Below the pieces are notes generated by a model. The model was given only the letters and a program-made list of their open reading frames with translations, was not told the DNA's origin and searched no databases. From Thainema sp. (GTDB lineage Bacteria > Cyanobacteriota > Cyanobacteriia > Phormidesmidales > Phormidesmidaceae): a DNA stretch of 64,000 bases. Below are positions 1 to 9,950 of this stretch, one piece after another (within the stretch, counting starts at the first letter, position 1; every line of letters starts with the position of its first letter). The DNA lies in contig JBQLZK010000021.1 in the NCBI GenBank assembly GCA_052168235.1, forward strand, positions 1 to 64,000, in the 5' to 3' direction. The position numbers and the translations under genes are program-made.

Positions 1-53
1 TCTCGTGCCCTTACCTCTCAGCAGTCCGATTGGCTACTGGGTTGAGCAATTAC

Positions 54-1388
54 CTACAATCTATTGTGCTGTGCCCACTGCTTAAACGGTTCGGCCTCGG
101 CCAAAATCGGATTGATATCAAACCAGCGGCCCTGCTGATCGCGATATTCAAACAAAAATAGCCCCCGCAGCAGCAGATTATAGTCCTCATCGCCCTGAAT
201 CGAGCGCTGCTCGACGGCATTGAATAGAAGTTGCCATTCTTCATTCGACAGTGGCGCACTCAGATTGTCCCGCTCATCGCGAATCACCGATTCAAGGACG
301 GAGCGCTGAATCGGTGGATCTTGCTTTTGCAGACAGCCCGTGATGAGTCGCAGCAGGTTCCGCACATGTCCACCGCTGGCCTGACAGACTCGATCTAATG
401 TTGCTAAATTGTCAAACACCTCAGGCAGCAAGGCCGGAAACTGATCCGGATCGACATCAAAATCTACGGTCGGGAACGCCCGCACCATTGCCATTCGCCG
501 CATCAGCGCCAGTCCTTTGATAAACGGTTCGCCACTGCGAGTCTGCACGGGCACCATCGGCAATACTTTAGGATTGCTGCCAAAGCGGCTGGTCAGTCGC
601 GCCTGATCGTTCGAGAAAATAAGCGACAGCGGCATTGTATAGACCATGTGGCACTTAAGCTGCCGTAGCTGCATCCCTCGGTCAATGAACAAATATTCCG
701 GCTGGGTGCGATCGCTAATTTTTTTCGTACTCTCCACCCGGTCGAGATTGTCCATGATCACGACTAGACCCTTCTTTCCCTGGGCCTTGAGCGTTGCGAT
801 CGCAGGTACGAGTAGCTCACGATTAACCGCGTCAATAATTGTTTTAGTGCGAGGTTCCAGGTACTGCCGCAGTTGGCTGCGCAGTTCCGGACTGGCTTTA
901 GCTTCGGCAGTGATTTCGGCGATGCCCATTGAGAAGCTAACTTCGGAAATCTGAAACGGCATTTGCAGCCAGCTTCTCAGCTTTTCAAACAAATCACGAA
1001 AGTAGTTCGACTTGAGCTGAATTCCCTCGGCGATCAGGCTTTGATCCACCTGATAGGCAATCACCAGCAGAATGTCGCTGATGTCTACATCCGCCACTTC
1101 CAAATTGCGATCGGACTCAAAGTAGACCACGTGAAAGCCCTGCTGCTCCAGCTCATACTTGAGCCGAAACAGCTCCGTCGATTTGCCGCAGCCAATGTGC
1201 CCCGTAAATAGCTGACAGGTCGGCTCCTCCGGCGACAGGCGCGTAATCGTGCGCGTCAGCTCATGAATCACATCGCCACCGCGCACTGTCGAAAAATCCA
1301 CATAAAAATCGCGATCGCGGTTGTTCTGAATTTCCAGCGGACGACCCGGATTGCAGGCTTGGTAGAACGTTGTGGCGTCGAGGGGCAT
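54..1388 (-). CDS. P-loop NTPase (AAA/KAP-like ATP-binding protein common in filamentous cyanobacteria)
   Basis: 444 aa ORF; Walker A GHIGCGKS, Walker B-like VVIMDNLD, SGGHVRNLL motif. Confidence 0.8.
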   Translation of the reverse strand: MPLDATTFYQACNPGRPLEIQNNRDRDFYVDFSTVRGGDVIHELTRTITRLSPEEPTCQLFTGHIGCGKSTELFRLKYELEQQGFHVVYFESDRNLEVADVDISDILLVIAYQVDQSLIAEGIQLKSNYFRDLFEKLRSWLQMPFQISEVSFSMGIAEITAEAKASPELRSQLRQYLEPRTKTIIDAVNRELLVPAIATLKAQGKKGLVVIMDNLDRVESTKKISDRTQPEYLFIDRGMQLRQLKCHMVYTMPLSLIFSNDQARLTSRFGSNPKVLPMVPVQTRSGEPFIKGLALMRRMAMVRAFPTVDFDVDPDQFPALLPEVFDNLATLDRVCQASGGHVRNLLRLITGCLQKQDPPIQRSVLESVIRDERDNLSAPLSNEEWQLLFNAVEQRSIQGDEDYNLLLRGLFLFEYRDQQGRWFDINPILAEAEPFKQWAQHNRL

Positions 1389-1390
1389 AG

Positions 1391-1426
1391 GCGATTTTGG
1401 ATTTTGGATTGGCGATTTTGGATTGG
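1391..1426. repeat. Short tandem heptamer repeat (ATTTTGG), STRR type
   Basis: gcgATTTTGG ATTTTGG attggcg ATTTTGG attgg just upstream of the ATPase start. Confidence 0.7.
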
Positions 1427-1653
1427 GTCTTGCTTTGTTTCAGTGTATGCCATCGGCTCATAGGCGATGAGATGACGGCTGCGATCTCAAATTTCCCCTA
1501 CTCCTTCTGCTCCCCTGCCTCTTCTGCTCCCCCGCTCCTTCCGCCCATCGATATATCCGGTATCCGGCAGATTCAAACTCCCTGCAAATGTCAGTAAAAT
1601 TTGATGTAATACAATCACCCGATGTTGTATCCGTCGGAATTTTGGCTCTTGCT

Positions 1654-2199
1654 ATGAATTTGCCCACCTGGATCACCGTTTCGCGACTGCTCGCTGCCCC
1701 CATTCTGCTGGTCACGCTGTTCCTGCCCGATCCGTTTTGGCAGTGGTTTAGCCTAGTCGTTTTCCTGATCGCCTCGCTAACGGACTGGGTGGACGGCTAC
1801 CTGGCCCGTCGCTTGAATCAGGTCACAGATCTGGGTAAATTTCTCGATCCGCTGGTCGATAAGCTCCTGGTACTAGCACCACTGTTAGTCCTGGTTGAAC
1901 AGCAGCTCGTACCCGCTTGGGGCGTATTTTTAATCTTGGCACGAGAGCTGACCGTGGCCGGTTGGCGTGTCAATCCGTCGCTACAGGGCAAAACCAGCAT
2001 CTCCGGCGCAAATATCTGGGGCAAGCTAAAAACCGTCACCCAAATTGCTGCGATCGCACTTCTGATCGCCCCCCTACCCGCTCCAACTTTAACCATCGGC
2101 ATCTGGTTCTTCTGGGCCGCCGTCGCCCTCACCCTCATCTCCGGCGCAATCTATCTCTGGCCTGCCACACCGTCAGCACCCAAACCATCAGCTCAATAA
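1654..2199 (+). CDS. pgsA: CDP-diacylglycerol--glycerol-3-phosphate 3-phosphatidyltransferase
   Basis: MNLPTWITVSR start; CDP-alcohol phosphotransferase motif DWVDGYLARR...GKFLDPLVDK; start moved from ORF 1588 to ATG 1654. Confidence 0.95.
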   Translation: MNLPTWITVSRLLAAPILLVTLFLPDPFWQWFSLVVFLIASLTDWVDGYLARRLNQVTDLGKFLDPLVDKLLVLAPLLVLVEQQLVPAWGVFLILARELTVAGWRVNPSLQGKTSISGANIWGKLKTVTQIAAIALLIAPLPAPTLTIGIWFFWAAVALTLISGAIYLWPATPSAPKPSAQ

Positions 2200-2272
2200 A
2201 GATTGAACGTAAAAAGTGAGGAGTAAGGCGTGAGGCGTTTTTAATTTTTACAGCCCTTTTGTAACCCTGATC

Positions 2273-2370
2273 GGTGCGTTTCGTTCACTCAACACACCCT
2301 AACCCTAGCCCGATTTAATCTTTAGCCCTCTACAGCCTTTACAGCCTTCACAGCCTTCACAGCCTTCACA
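2273..2370. repeat. Degenerate GTAG-type REP plus a 9-mer tandem repeat (ACAGCCTTY x4)
   Basis: Minus strand GTTAGGGTGTGTTGAGTGAACGAAACGCACC (2273-2303); acagccttt acagccttc acagccttc acagccttc (about 2332-2367), between convergent genes. Confidence 0.55.
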
Positions 2371-2980
2371 CCTCAAACTCAACTCCCCCCTGCCTTAAAA
2401 TCTGCCAGCGATCTCCCTGCCACAGCACCACTGTTGAAGGGACACCACCCGGATCAGCAGCCTGTGAACCTTGAGTTTCAGCCATTAATTGGGCACAGAG
2501 GTCATTCGACATTACGTTGACTTTAGGGAAAAAGGTATCGATATCTTTGGCCGTCAGCAGCGGTGGCTGACCGGATTTATTAACGCTGGTGGTGGCTAGA
2601 ACGCCAGTTTGAGCCAGGACACGGCGTGCGATCGCAGAATTAGGAATGCGAATTCCTACGGTTTGCGTACCCGCTGGATTAATCCCTTCAGGTAGTTGCT
2701 CGCTAGCGGGTAACACTAACGTGAGCGCTCCTGGCCAGTACCTTTCAGCGACTTGTTGCCAGGTAGCCTGTTCTTCAGTCGTCCCTGACACGTAGGGCCA
2801 CAAATCCTCTGGTGTTACCGCCATCAGAATCAGCGGTTTGTCAAAACTGCGCTGCTTGGCCTCATAGATTTTTGCCGCTTGCTCCGGGCGAGCGGCAAGT
2901 GCGGGTACAGTATCCGTGGGAAAGCTAATCAGTTGGCCGGACTGTGCGGCTTGAATTAAATCGTTGAATGATACGTACAT
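2366..2980 (-). CDS. tsaC: L-threonylcarbamoyladenylate synthase (Sua5/YrdC)
   Basis: FPTDTV, KQRSFDKPL, YWPGALTLVL, TTSVNKSG, PSTVV, ILRQG motifs. Confidence 0.92.
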   Translation of the reverse strand: MYVSFNDLIQAAQSGQLISFPTDTVPALAARPEQAAKIYEAKQRSFDKPLILMAVTPEDLWPYVSGTTEEQATWQQVAERYWPGALTLVLPASEQLPEGINPAGTQTVGIRIPNSAIARRVLAQTGVLATTSVNKSGQPPLLTAKDIDTFFPKVNVMSNDLCAQLMAETQGSQAADPGGVPSTVVLWQGDRWQILRQGGVEFEV

Positions 2981-2983
2981 GGT

Positions 2984-4165
2984 CTAGAATCTGCTGCCAA
3001 ACCGATCGGGTGAAGGTCGATCAAAATAGCGATCGCGTTCTGGGGGACGATTGGAAGAAAGGGGCGCTGGATTGGGTGCAAACGCCAGCCACAGCGGAAA
3101 CTGCAAAATCGACAGGTCAATCTTGCCCTCAGCCTCATCAACCACAATCAGCGGCAGCATGCCCCGTTCCATCATCCGCTCAGCTCGCTGAGCCAGCGGT
3201 TCGGGCGCTTCAAACAGCACAACACCCTGTTCAATGTTAAAGTCCATACGGGCAATACCGAGACAGTCCTGCAATCCCCGTCGCCACTCACCTAAGCGTT
3301 CCGGCGTATCGGTCAGGATTAAAACGCCTAAGCGATCTTGGTAGATATCTTTCAAAATTGAAATGACCGCTGACGTGACCAGTACGTTTTGCAGTCGGCT
3401 GCCCATGCTGCGTACCGCGCCGCGCCCCCCTTGTTTGAAGAACCAGTTCGACACTCGCTCGGCATGAATCGGCTCAAATGTGCGGCGCAATTGCCAGGGT
3501 GGGCCATAGTATTCAGGCCGAGTGCGGTACTGATCTAACAGCGCTCGAATCCGCCGAATTTGCCGCTGAAACCGCTCATCGGTAAAGCGGGGCTGCATAT
3601 CCTCTGCTTCAGTACTGGCAGCGGGGGCTGGTTGTCGAGATGGTTGGGGTATGGGAGAAGGCGGTGCTGGCTTGGGGGCTGGCTGTTGAGGCGGAGCCAA
3701 TTCAAGCTGTTCAGCTGCGATCGCAAGATCCTGCAAGCTGCCTACGAGGTAATCTTTAAAGCCCTGCACCCGCACCGCCAAATCCTGGGAAACTCCAGCA
3801 AAGCTCTGGCGCATTTCAGTCTGAATGCGATCGCGCCGCCGCTCAAGCTGCTCAACCTCTAGCCGCAGGGTGTTACGCCGTTTTTCCAGTTCTTTGAGGC
3901 TGTCTCGGAGAAGCTGATTAACTAGGTTTTGAGTTTCAGGAGAAGGAGAAGAAGGAGATGTGCGATCGCGCTCTGGCATGACAGGTTCAGCAGCCGACTC
4001 CGTAACCGAAAACGTCCGGGATAGCCGACGAGAGGAATCAGTGCTGCTTTGAGATAGGTTAAGCGGCTTGCCGGATTCTGTCCGATCGGGCGAGTTTGCA
4101 GGTTGGGCATCCGTCATGCGGTCTTCTGCGTCTGATTCTGGATTGGGAGATTCGTAAGGATTCAT
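2984..4165 (-). CDS. DUF3086 family coiled-coil protein
   Basis: FAGVSQDLAVRVQGFKDYLVGSLQDL and YYGPPWQLRR motifs; sits next to DUF3119 and mlaE as in other cyanobacteria. Confidence 0.85.
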   Translation of the reverse strand: MNPYESPNPESDAEDRMTDAQPANSPDRTESGKPLNLSQSSTDSSRRLSRTFSVTESAAEPVMPERDRTSPSSPSPETQNLVNQLLRDSLKELEKRRNTLRLEVEQLERRRDRIQTEMRQSFAGVSQDLAVRVQGFKDYLVGSLQDLAIAAEQLELAPPQQPAPKPAPPSPIPQPSRQPAPAASTEAEDMQPRFTDERFQRQIRRIRALLDQYRTRPEYYGPPWQLRRTFEPIHAERVSNWFFKQGGRGAVRSMGSRLQNVLVTSAVISILKDIYQDRLGVLILTDTPERLGEWRRGLQDCLGIARMDFNIEQGVVLFEAPEPLAQRAERMMERGMLPLIVVDEAEGKIDLSILQFPLWLAFAPNPAPLSSNRPPERDRYFDRPSPDRFGSRF

Positions 4166-4167
4166 GT

Positions 4168-4626
4168 TTAGCTGTCCGTTTCTGCTTCAGTCACTTGGGG
4201 AAGTTGCCGCGCTTCTAGGCTATCTCGCAGAGCCGTGGGATTAAACAGCATCGGCAAAAAGTGAATACTCTTCACCTCACGGAAGTAAAACAAAATCGGC
4301 ACGGGCGACCAAAAAATTTCCCAATGCTCCCACTCCTGATAGGGAAAGCGACGAATCAGCGTTTCGCCCCGATAAATGTCTAGATCCGTCTCCGTGAACT
4401 TGAGTCGCAGCGTTGCGGTCTGTACCAACAGAAACATGCCAAACAGAGCAATTGGCAAACCGACCCACCACTTAATGAACGCAAAAGGAATGGCAAATAA
4501 TACAACTGCGATCGGCAATCGATAGTCCGGCGGTAGCTGCACCGTTCCTTTGGCTGAGGATTCAGATGATTGAACAGAAGTCACGGGTAAAATCCTTGAA
4601 TTCATCCTGGAGTTGCCAATTAGCAC
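4168..4626 (-). CDS. DUF3119 family membrane protein
   Basis: Two TM segments, then IRRFPYQEW...ILFYFREVKSIHFLP; true start may lie a few codons downstream. Confidence 0.85.
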   Translation of the reverse strand: MLIGNSRMNSRILPVTSVQSSESSAKGTVQLPPDYRLPIAVVLFAIPFAFIKWWVGLPIALFGMFLLVQTATLRLKFTETDLDIYRGETLIRRFPYQEWEHWEIFWSPVPILFYFREVKSIHFLPMLFNPTALRDSLEARQLPQVTEAETDS

Positions 4627-4713
4627 AACCAGATTTTTGACACAGTTTCATATTACTGTAATGCCTAAAGGCTGTAGCGTTGCCGGATTATGGTCAGTAA
4701 AAGCCTCAACCAA

Positions 4714-5517
4714 CTACAATCCCTGCAAAAATGCACTGCCCTGACCTTGGAACATAATCCAGGACAAGAAAAAATTGCTGATAAAAATGGCTAACAGGGA
4801 TGTAACCACCGCGGTCGTTGTCGATTGGCCAACTCCCTTCGCGCCCCCCGTAGTCGTCAAACCCCAGCTCGTGCCAATCACGGCAATGATGGCTCCAAAC
4901 ACAACCGACTTGAACATGGCCGCAAAAATGTCCCAGATGCTCAAAAATCCTTGGGCTGAATCCCAGAACAGGTTTTGGGACAGTCCATAAAGCGAAATCG
5001 CCACAATTAATCCGCCAACCATCCCAGTCACAAAGGACAGCATGGTCAAAAACGGCATCATCAGTCCGCAGGCCAGCACTCTAGGAATCACCAGGTAATC
5101 AATCGGGTCAGTTTTGAGCATGTGGAGCGCATCAATTTGCTCTGTGACCTGCATGGTGCCAATTTCTGCCGCAAAGGACGAACCGACGCGACCTGCAATC
5201 ACAACTGCGGTCAAAACCGGAGCCAGTTCACGCACGAGAGCCAGCGCCAGTACCCCACCCACAGTTGATCCAGCACCAAAGGCAATGAACTCACGAGCCA
5301 CCTGAATCGTGAACACCATACCGACAAAGCCAGCCGTCACCAAGGCAATCAGTAGCGATTCGGGGCCAACAGCAGCCATTTGATCGAGCGTGTTGCGTCG
5401 ATGAATTTTACCGCCTATTAAATGGATGACAACTTGTCCTGCCAGTAACACGGCTGCCAGTAACCGATGAAACCACAGCCCTAGACTCGACTGCCGGATG
5501 ACTTCTCTTAGCTGCAT
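4714..5517 (-). CDS. mlaE: MlaE/Ycf63 (TGD1-like) lipid ABC transporter permease
   Basis: RELAPVLTAVVIAGRVGSSFAAEIGTMQVTEQIDAL; GGAKGVGQSTTTAVV; start set at ATG 5517 (ORF track 5577). Confidence 0.92.
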   Translation of the reverse strand: MQLREVIRQSSLGLWFHRLLAAVLLAGQVVIHLIGGKIHRRNTLDQMAAVGPESLLIALVTAGFVGMVFTIQVAREFIAFGAGSTVGGVLALALVRELAPVLTAVVIAGRVGSSFAAEIGTMQVTEQIDALHMLKTDPIDYLVIPRVLACGLMMPFLTMLSFVTGMVGGLIVAISLYGLSQNLFWDSAQGFLSIWDIFAAMFKSVVFGAIIAVIGTSWGLTTTGGAKGVGQSTTTAVVTSLLAIFISNFFLSWIMFQGQGSAFLQGL

Positions 5518-5811
5518 AGTTCTCTTCGCGATAGTGATATTCAAGCCATTCTGGATGAGATTCCGTCCACACGCCACAGAATGTTAAGCGGCAAATTCAT
5601 CGACTTCTATCGAGATTTCTCGTTTTTTTAGGAAAATTTAATCTTTGTGACGGATGAACAACGCAACTAGGAAATTACTCCTATGCTGGATAGAGAAGTC
5701 TTGCCACTCATGCTTGTTTCATGCTCGTCAGAGTACTTGTTACAGAGTGCCTGTTACAGTTGCGACAGATGCGATCGCAGCTTTTGACATCTTCTACAGA
5801 CCTGTCATCTT

Positions 5812-6108
5812 ATGACTGCTTCACATTTTATTCGATCTCTTTTTGTTTCCACTGTGCTGAGCTTCTTGATGCCAGTCATTAGCGTCGCCAGTATTTTTGC
5901 CTTGGCATTTGGGATTCGCTACATTCCCGATTTGGACATGATTAGCCAGATTGGGGTACAGCAAATTTATGATTTCCTTTCCGTATTTGGCAGCGGCAAC
6001 CCAGTTCATGGCGTCGTGATCATTGGCATTACCTTTGGCCTAGTTGGAGGACTTTTCGATACATTTGCCCTCTATCGACACCAGCGCTTTAAAGGATTCG
6101 ATCCTTAA
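5812..6108 (+). CDS. Small conserved cyanobacterial membrane protein
   Basis: 98 aa with two hydrophobic segments; FLSVFGSG and VGGLFDTF motifs. Confidence 0.7.
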   Translation: MTASHFIRSLFVSTVLSFLMPVISVASIFALAFGIRYIPDLDMISQIGVQQIYDFLSVFGSGNPVHGVVIIGITFGLVGGLFDTFALYRHQRFKGFDP

Positions 6109-6199
6109 AACCAAACACTCAAAATTTCTCAAACAGGCCCTGCGGTTGCCTCATACGTCAGCTATAGGGCTTATTTGCTTTTCAACACCACCTACTCCC

Positions 6200-6290
6200 T
6201 TCCCCATCCATCCTCCTACCCATCCACTCCATCACTCATCCACCCATCCACTCCCTTACCCATCCACCCTCCCACCCATCTACCCACAAC
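6200..6290. repeat. Degenerate octamer tandem repeat (CCATCCAC/CCACCCAT)
   Basis: About 10 imperfect C-rich 8-mer units; explains the spurious P/H/S-rich ORFs 6044..6391 and 6175..6429. Confidence 0.7.
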
Positions 6291-6380
6291 TCCTTGTGTT
6301 ACAAGTCCGCAGCTTTCCCCGGACGTTCGCAGAAAAAGTGACTATCCTGAAGATTGGCGTTTATTTGTCTGTAACGATTC

Positions 6381-8114
6381 ATGCGTCCTGATTGCTATGG
6401 GAATCGTCGGGTTAATTTGCCCCGATTAACACCTCTCTTTTCTGATGGTTGCTCTTTCGTTCAAACTCGATTGCGAAATGTGCGAAATGTATTTTCGGCT
6501 GTGTCGTCTCGTAAAGAATTGCAACTCCTCCCTTCAGTTCAAAAAACAGCTCCACAACGAAGCTGGCAGCAGTTGATTAGCGTTCTCCTGATCGGTCTGC
6601 TGGTTTGGGTGGGTACTCCTACAGCCGCTTTTGCCCAAGACGCAGAATCGCCGAGTACAACTACTGCAGCCCAATCGATTCAGCCCTATTTAGATCGAGT
6701 AGCGGAAGCCGTTACTGAATTCACGCTAGAGAATGGCCTCAAGTTTATTGTGCTTGAACGGCATCAAGCGCCCGTCATCTCGTTTATGACCTATGCCGAT
6801 GTCGGAGCTGCCAATGAAGAGGACGGTAAAACTGGCGTCGCCCACTACTTAGAGCATTTGGCCTTTAAGGGCACGACCGAAATCGGCACGACGAACTATG
6901 CTGCCGAAGCACCACTGCTTGACGAAATGGACGTGGTCTTCAATCAGCTTAAGGCCGCTCAAGCTGAAGGAGATGAAGCTGCCGTTGAGGCGCTACAAGC
7001 AGAGCTAGCATCGCTACAGGAAGAAGCCGTTCAGTACGTCAAGCAAAATGAATTTGGCCAAATCGTTGAGCAGGCTGGCGGAGTCGGCTTGAATGCCACC
7101 ACTGGAGCTGATGCCACCCGCTATTTCTACAGCTTTCCCTCCAACAAGCTAGAGCTATGGATGTCGATTGAGTCCGATCGCTTTTCCAAGCCTGTCTTCC
7201 GCGAATTTTTCACTGAGAAAGAAGTGATTCTCGAAGAACGGCGGATGCGGGTGGATAACTCGCCCATTGGCCAAATGATCGAGAAGTTTCTGGAAGTCGC
7301 ATTTACAGAGCATCCCTATCGTCGGCCTGTAATTGGTTATGAGGCGGATTTGTATCAAGCGACGCGTGAGGATATTCAAACCTTTTTTGATCAGTACTAC
7401 GTTCCTAATAATCTGGTGATTGCCATTGTCGGCGATGTTGATCCAGCCCAAGTACAGGAACTGGCGACAGCTTACTTTGGGCGATTAGAAGCCAAACCCG
7501 CTCCGGCTGAACTGGTAATCAACGAACCTGTCCAGACGGAAGAACGCGAATATACGCTTGAACTGGACTCTGAGCCTTGGTATCTAGAGGGCTATCACCG
7601 CCCCGCCGTCACCGATCCGGACAATGCCGTGTATTCCATTATCGACGGCATTTTAACCGGGGGACGCACGGCTCGACTCTATAAGTCTTTGGTTGAAGGC
7701 CAGCAGATTGCGCTTGATATTGGTAGCAGCACAGGCTTCCCTGGCGATAAGTTTCCCAATATGATGCTGCTTTATGCGCTGACGGCTCCAGGACATACGG
7801 TTGATGAAATTGCCGCCGCAATGGATGAGGAATTGACTCGGCTGAAGACAGAACCCGTTTCCGAGCAAGATCTGGATCGCGTCAAAACGCAAACTCGAGC
7901 TGGGCTACTGCGCACGCTGTCATCTAATCAGGGGATGGCTAGCCTTTTAGCCGAATTTGAAGTGAAAACTGGCAGTTGGCGGAACGTTTTCGAAGAATTA
8001 GCTGCCATCGAAGCAGTGACAGCCGAGGATGTCCTGCGAGTTGCCCAATCGACATTCGTCCCCGAGAACCGAACCGTTGGTCGATTGCTGTCCAAGTCGG
8101 ACGCAGCAGAATAG
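6381..8114 (+). CDS. M16 (pitrilysin-like) zinc peptidase, catalytic subunit, probably exported
   Basis: Inverted zinc motif HYLEH; NATT, EERRMR, HPYRRPVIG; hydrophobic signal ending AAFAQ; true start probably downstream of 6381. Confidence 0.92.
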   Translation: MRPDCYGNRRVNLPRLTPLFSDGCSFVQTRLRNVRNVFSAVSSRKELQLLPSVQKTAPQRSWQQLISVLLIGLLVWVGTPTAAFAQDAESPSTTTAAQSIQPYLDRVAEAVTEFTLENGLKFIVLERHQAPVISFMTYADVGAANEEDGKTGVAHYLEHLAFKGTTEIGTTNYAAEAPLLDEMDVVFNQLKAAQAEGDEAAVEALQAELASLQEEAVQYVKQNEFGQIVEQAGGVGLNATTGADATRYFYSFPSNKLELWMSIESDRFSKPVFREFFTEKEVILEERRMRVDNSPIGQMIEKFLEVAFTEHPYRRPVIGYEADLYQATREDIQTFFDQYYVPNNLVIAIVGDVDPAQVQELATAYFGRLEAKPAPAELVINEPVQTEEREYTLELDSEPWYLEGYHRPAVTDPDNAVYSIIDGILTGGRTARLYKSLVEGQQIALDIGSSTGFPGDKFPNMMLLYALTAPGHTVDEIAAAMDEELTRLKTEPVSEQDLDRVKTQTRAGLLRTLSSNQGMASLLAEFEVKTGSWRNVFEELAAIEAVTAEDVLRVAQSTFVPENRTVGRLLSKSDAAE

Positions 8115-8124
8115 GAGGCCAACC

Positions 8125-9714
8125 GTGAACAGAGTCAATTCAACAGCAAGTCAACCCAAGCAATTCACGCCAAAGATGCAACGCAAACGATTAGGAGGCT
8201 CAAGCTTCATGGGATGGTTTGGTTTAGGTCAGTCGTGGGGGCACCGCGTCATGCGGTTTCTCACGCTGGCGCTGGTCACCTGCGGTATTCTACTGGCGGT
8301 TGATTCCCACTCCCCAGCCGCTGCCGTCACGCCCAAGTTTTACGCCGATTTAGAATTTCCACCGCTGCCCGAAATTCAAATTCCCGAATACGAGCGATTT
8401 GAATTGGATAACGGCATGGTGGTTTATCTGATGGAAGATCACGAGCTACCGCTAGTGAGCGGCAGCGTTACCTTCCGCAGTGGCGATCGCTGGGAACCTG
8501 CCAATGAGGTTGGACTGGCCAGCGTGGTCGGGGAAGTGATGCGTACCGGAGGCACCGAAGATCATTCGTCTGATGAACTGAATCAACTGCTGGAACAGCG
8601 GGCCGCTTCGGTGGAAACGGGCATCGACAGCACGGCAGGCAGCGCCAGCTTCAGTGCCCTTAGTGAAGATCTGAATGAAGTCTTCGACTTATTTGTGGAA
8701 GTTCTGCGGCAACCAGCTTTTGAACCCGACAAGGTTGCCTTATCCCTCAATCAGTACCGAGGCAGTATCGCTCGTCGTAATGACGATCCAGACGACATTG
8801 CTAGCCGCGAGTTTTACAAGCTGATCTACGGCGAGAATAGCCCCTACGCCCGCACAGCAGAGTATGAAACGCTCGACAATATCAGCCGCGAAGATGTGAT
8901 TGCGTTCTACAACCGCTACGTGCAGCCGGATCAAATGATTCTGGGTATTGTGGGCGATATCGATCCGGTTGCGGTTAAGGCCCTGATTGAGGAGAAGCTG
9001 GGTGATTGGCAACCCACTAATGATCAACCGCTGCCCGAGATTCCCGACGCTAGCCAAGCGAAGAAAGGCGGTATCTTCTTTGTCGATCAGCCCCAACTGA
9101 CGCAGAGCTCTATTCAGATGGGACATCTGGGCGGACGGTTTGACAACCCTGACTATGCCGCCATGTCCGTCCTCAACGGAGTGCTAAATGGATTTGGTGG
9201 ACGGCTGTTTAACGAATTGCGATCGCGCCAAGGTTTAGCCTATTCCGTTTATGGAGTGTGGTCAGCTCGCTATGATTACCCTGGCGTGTTTATCGGTGGT
9301 GGACAAACGCGGTCGGAGGCGACTGTGCCGTTTATCCAGGCGATGATGCGGGAAATTGAACAGATCCGAACAACGTCAGTTTCAGCCGAAGAACTACAGT
9401 ACGCTAAAGATTCAGTCTTAAACAGTTTTGTCTTTAACTTCCAAGATCCGAGTCAAACGCTATCTCGTCTGATTCGCTATGAATACTATGGCTATCCGGC
9501 GGACTTCGTCTTCCAGTATCAACGAGAAGTTGAAGAGACAACGGTAGAAGATGTTCTACAGGCGGCACAGACCTATCTCAATCCAGAGGACATTGTTACT
9601 TTAGTGGTGGGTAATTCAGCCCAAATTCAGCCCGCTCTGAGTACGCTAGCGCCCGATGGAACGGTATCAACGATTGATGTTTCCATTCCGGAACCCGTGG
9701 GGGCAGCTAACTAG
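8125..9714 (+). CDS. M16 peptidase, non-catalytic partner subunit
   Basis: M16 fold motifs (LDNGMVVYLMEDHELP, RLFNELRSRQGLAYSV) with no HxxEH; GTG 8125 follows AGGAGG. Confidence 0.88.
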   Translation: MNRVNSTASQPKQFTPKMQRKRLGGSSFMGWFGLGQSWGHRVMRFLTLALVTCGILLAVDSHSPAAAVTPKFYADLEFPPLPEIQIPEYERFELDNGMVVYLMEDHELPLVSGSVTFRSGDRWEPANEVGLASVVGEVMRTGGTEDHSSDELNQLLEQRAASVETGIDSTAGSASFSALSEDLNEVFDLFVEVLRQPAFEPDKVALSLNQYRGSIARRNDDPDDIASREFYKLIYGENSPYARTAEYETLDNISREDVIAFYNRYVQPDQMILGIVGDIDPVAVKALIEEKLGDWQPTNDQPLPEIPDASQAKKGGIFFVDQPQLTQSSIQMGHLGGRFDNPDYAAMSVLNGVLNGFGGRLFNELRSRQGLAYSVYGVWSARYDYPGVFIGGGQTRSEATVPFIQAMMREIEQIRTTSVSAEELQYAKDSVLNSFVFNFQDPSQTLSRLIRYEYYGYPADFVFQYQREVEETTVEDVLQAAQTYLNPEDIVTLVVGNSAQIQPALSTLAPDGTVSTIDVSIPEPVGAAN

Positions 9715-9739
9715 TTCATAGTCTATATTTTCTGGATCT

Positions 9740-9798
9740 AAACTCAAAGCGGACTGGTTATTGCTGTGACACAGCAATAACCAGTCCGCTTTGAGTTT
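9740..9798. repeat. Perfect 29-bp inverted repeat with a 1-nt centre
   Basis: AAACTCAAAGCGGACTGGTTATTGCTGTG A CACAGCAATAACCAGTCCGCTTTGAGTTT. Confidence 0.95.
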
Positions 9799-9847
9799 TA
9801 TGGAAATTCCCCTACACAGAAGTCAGACGGAGTGTTAATGTAGAAAT

Positions 9848-9941
9848 GACTCGGATCCACGCGATTACGACGCCCAAATCTTGTCAGGACCGGAAGGTAG
9901 CAGCAATACGGGATGCTCGTAATAGGCGTGGCCTCCGGGTC
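9848..9941 (+). ncRNA. ffs: Signal recognition particle RNA (4.5S)
   Basis: SRP domain IV motif GTCAGGACCGGAAGGTAGCAGC; termini GACTCGGA..CCACGC pair with GCGTGG..TCCGGGTC; followed by T-rich sequence. Confidence 0.95.
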
Positions 9942-9950
9942 GCTTTTGTT

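Noticed and set aside
6044..6429. P/H/S-rich ORFs
   Set aside because: Translations of an octamer tandem repeat
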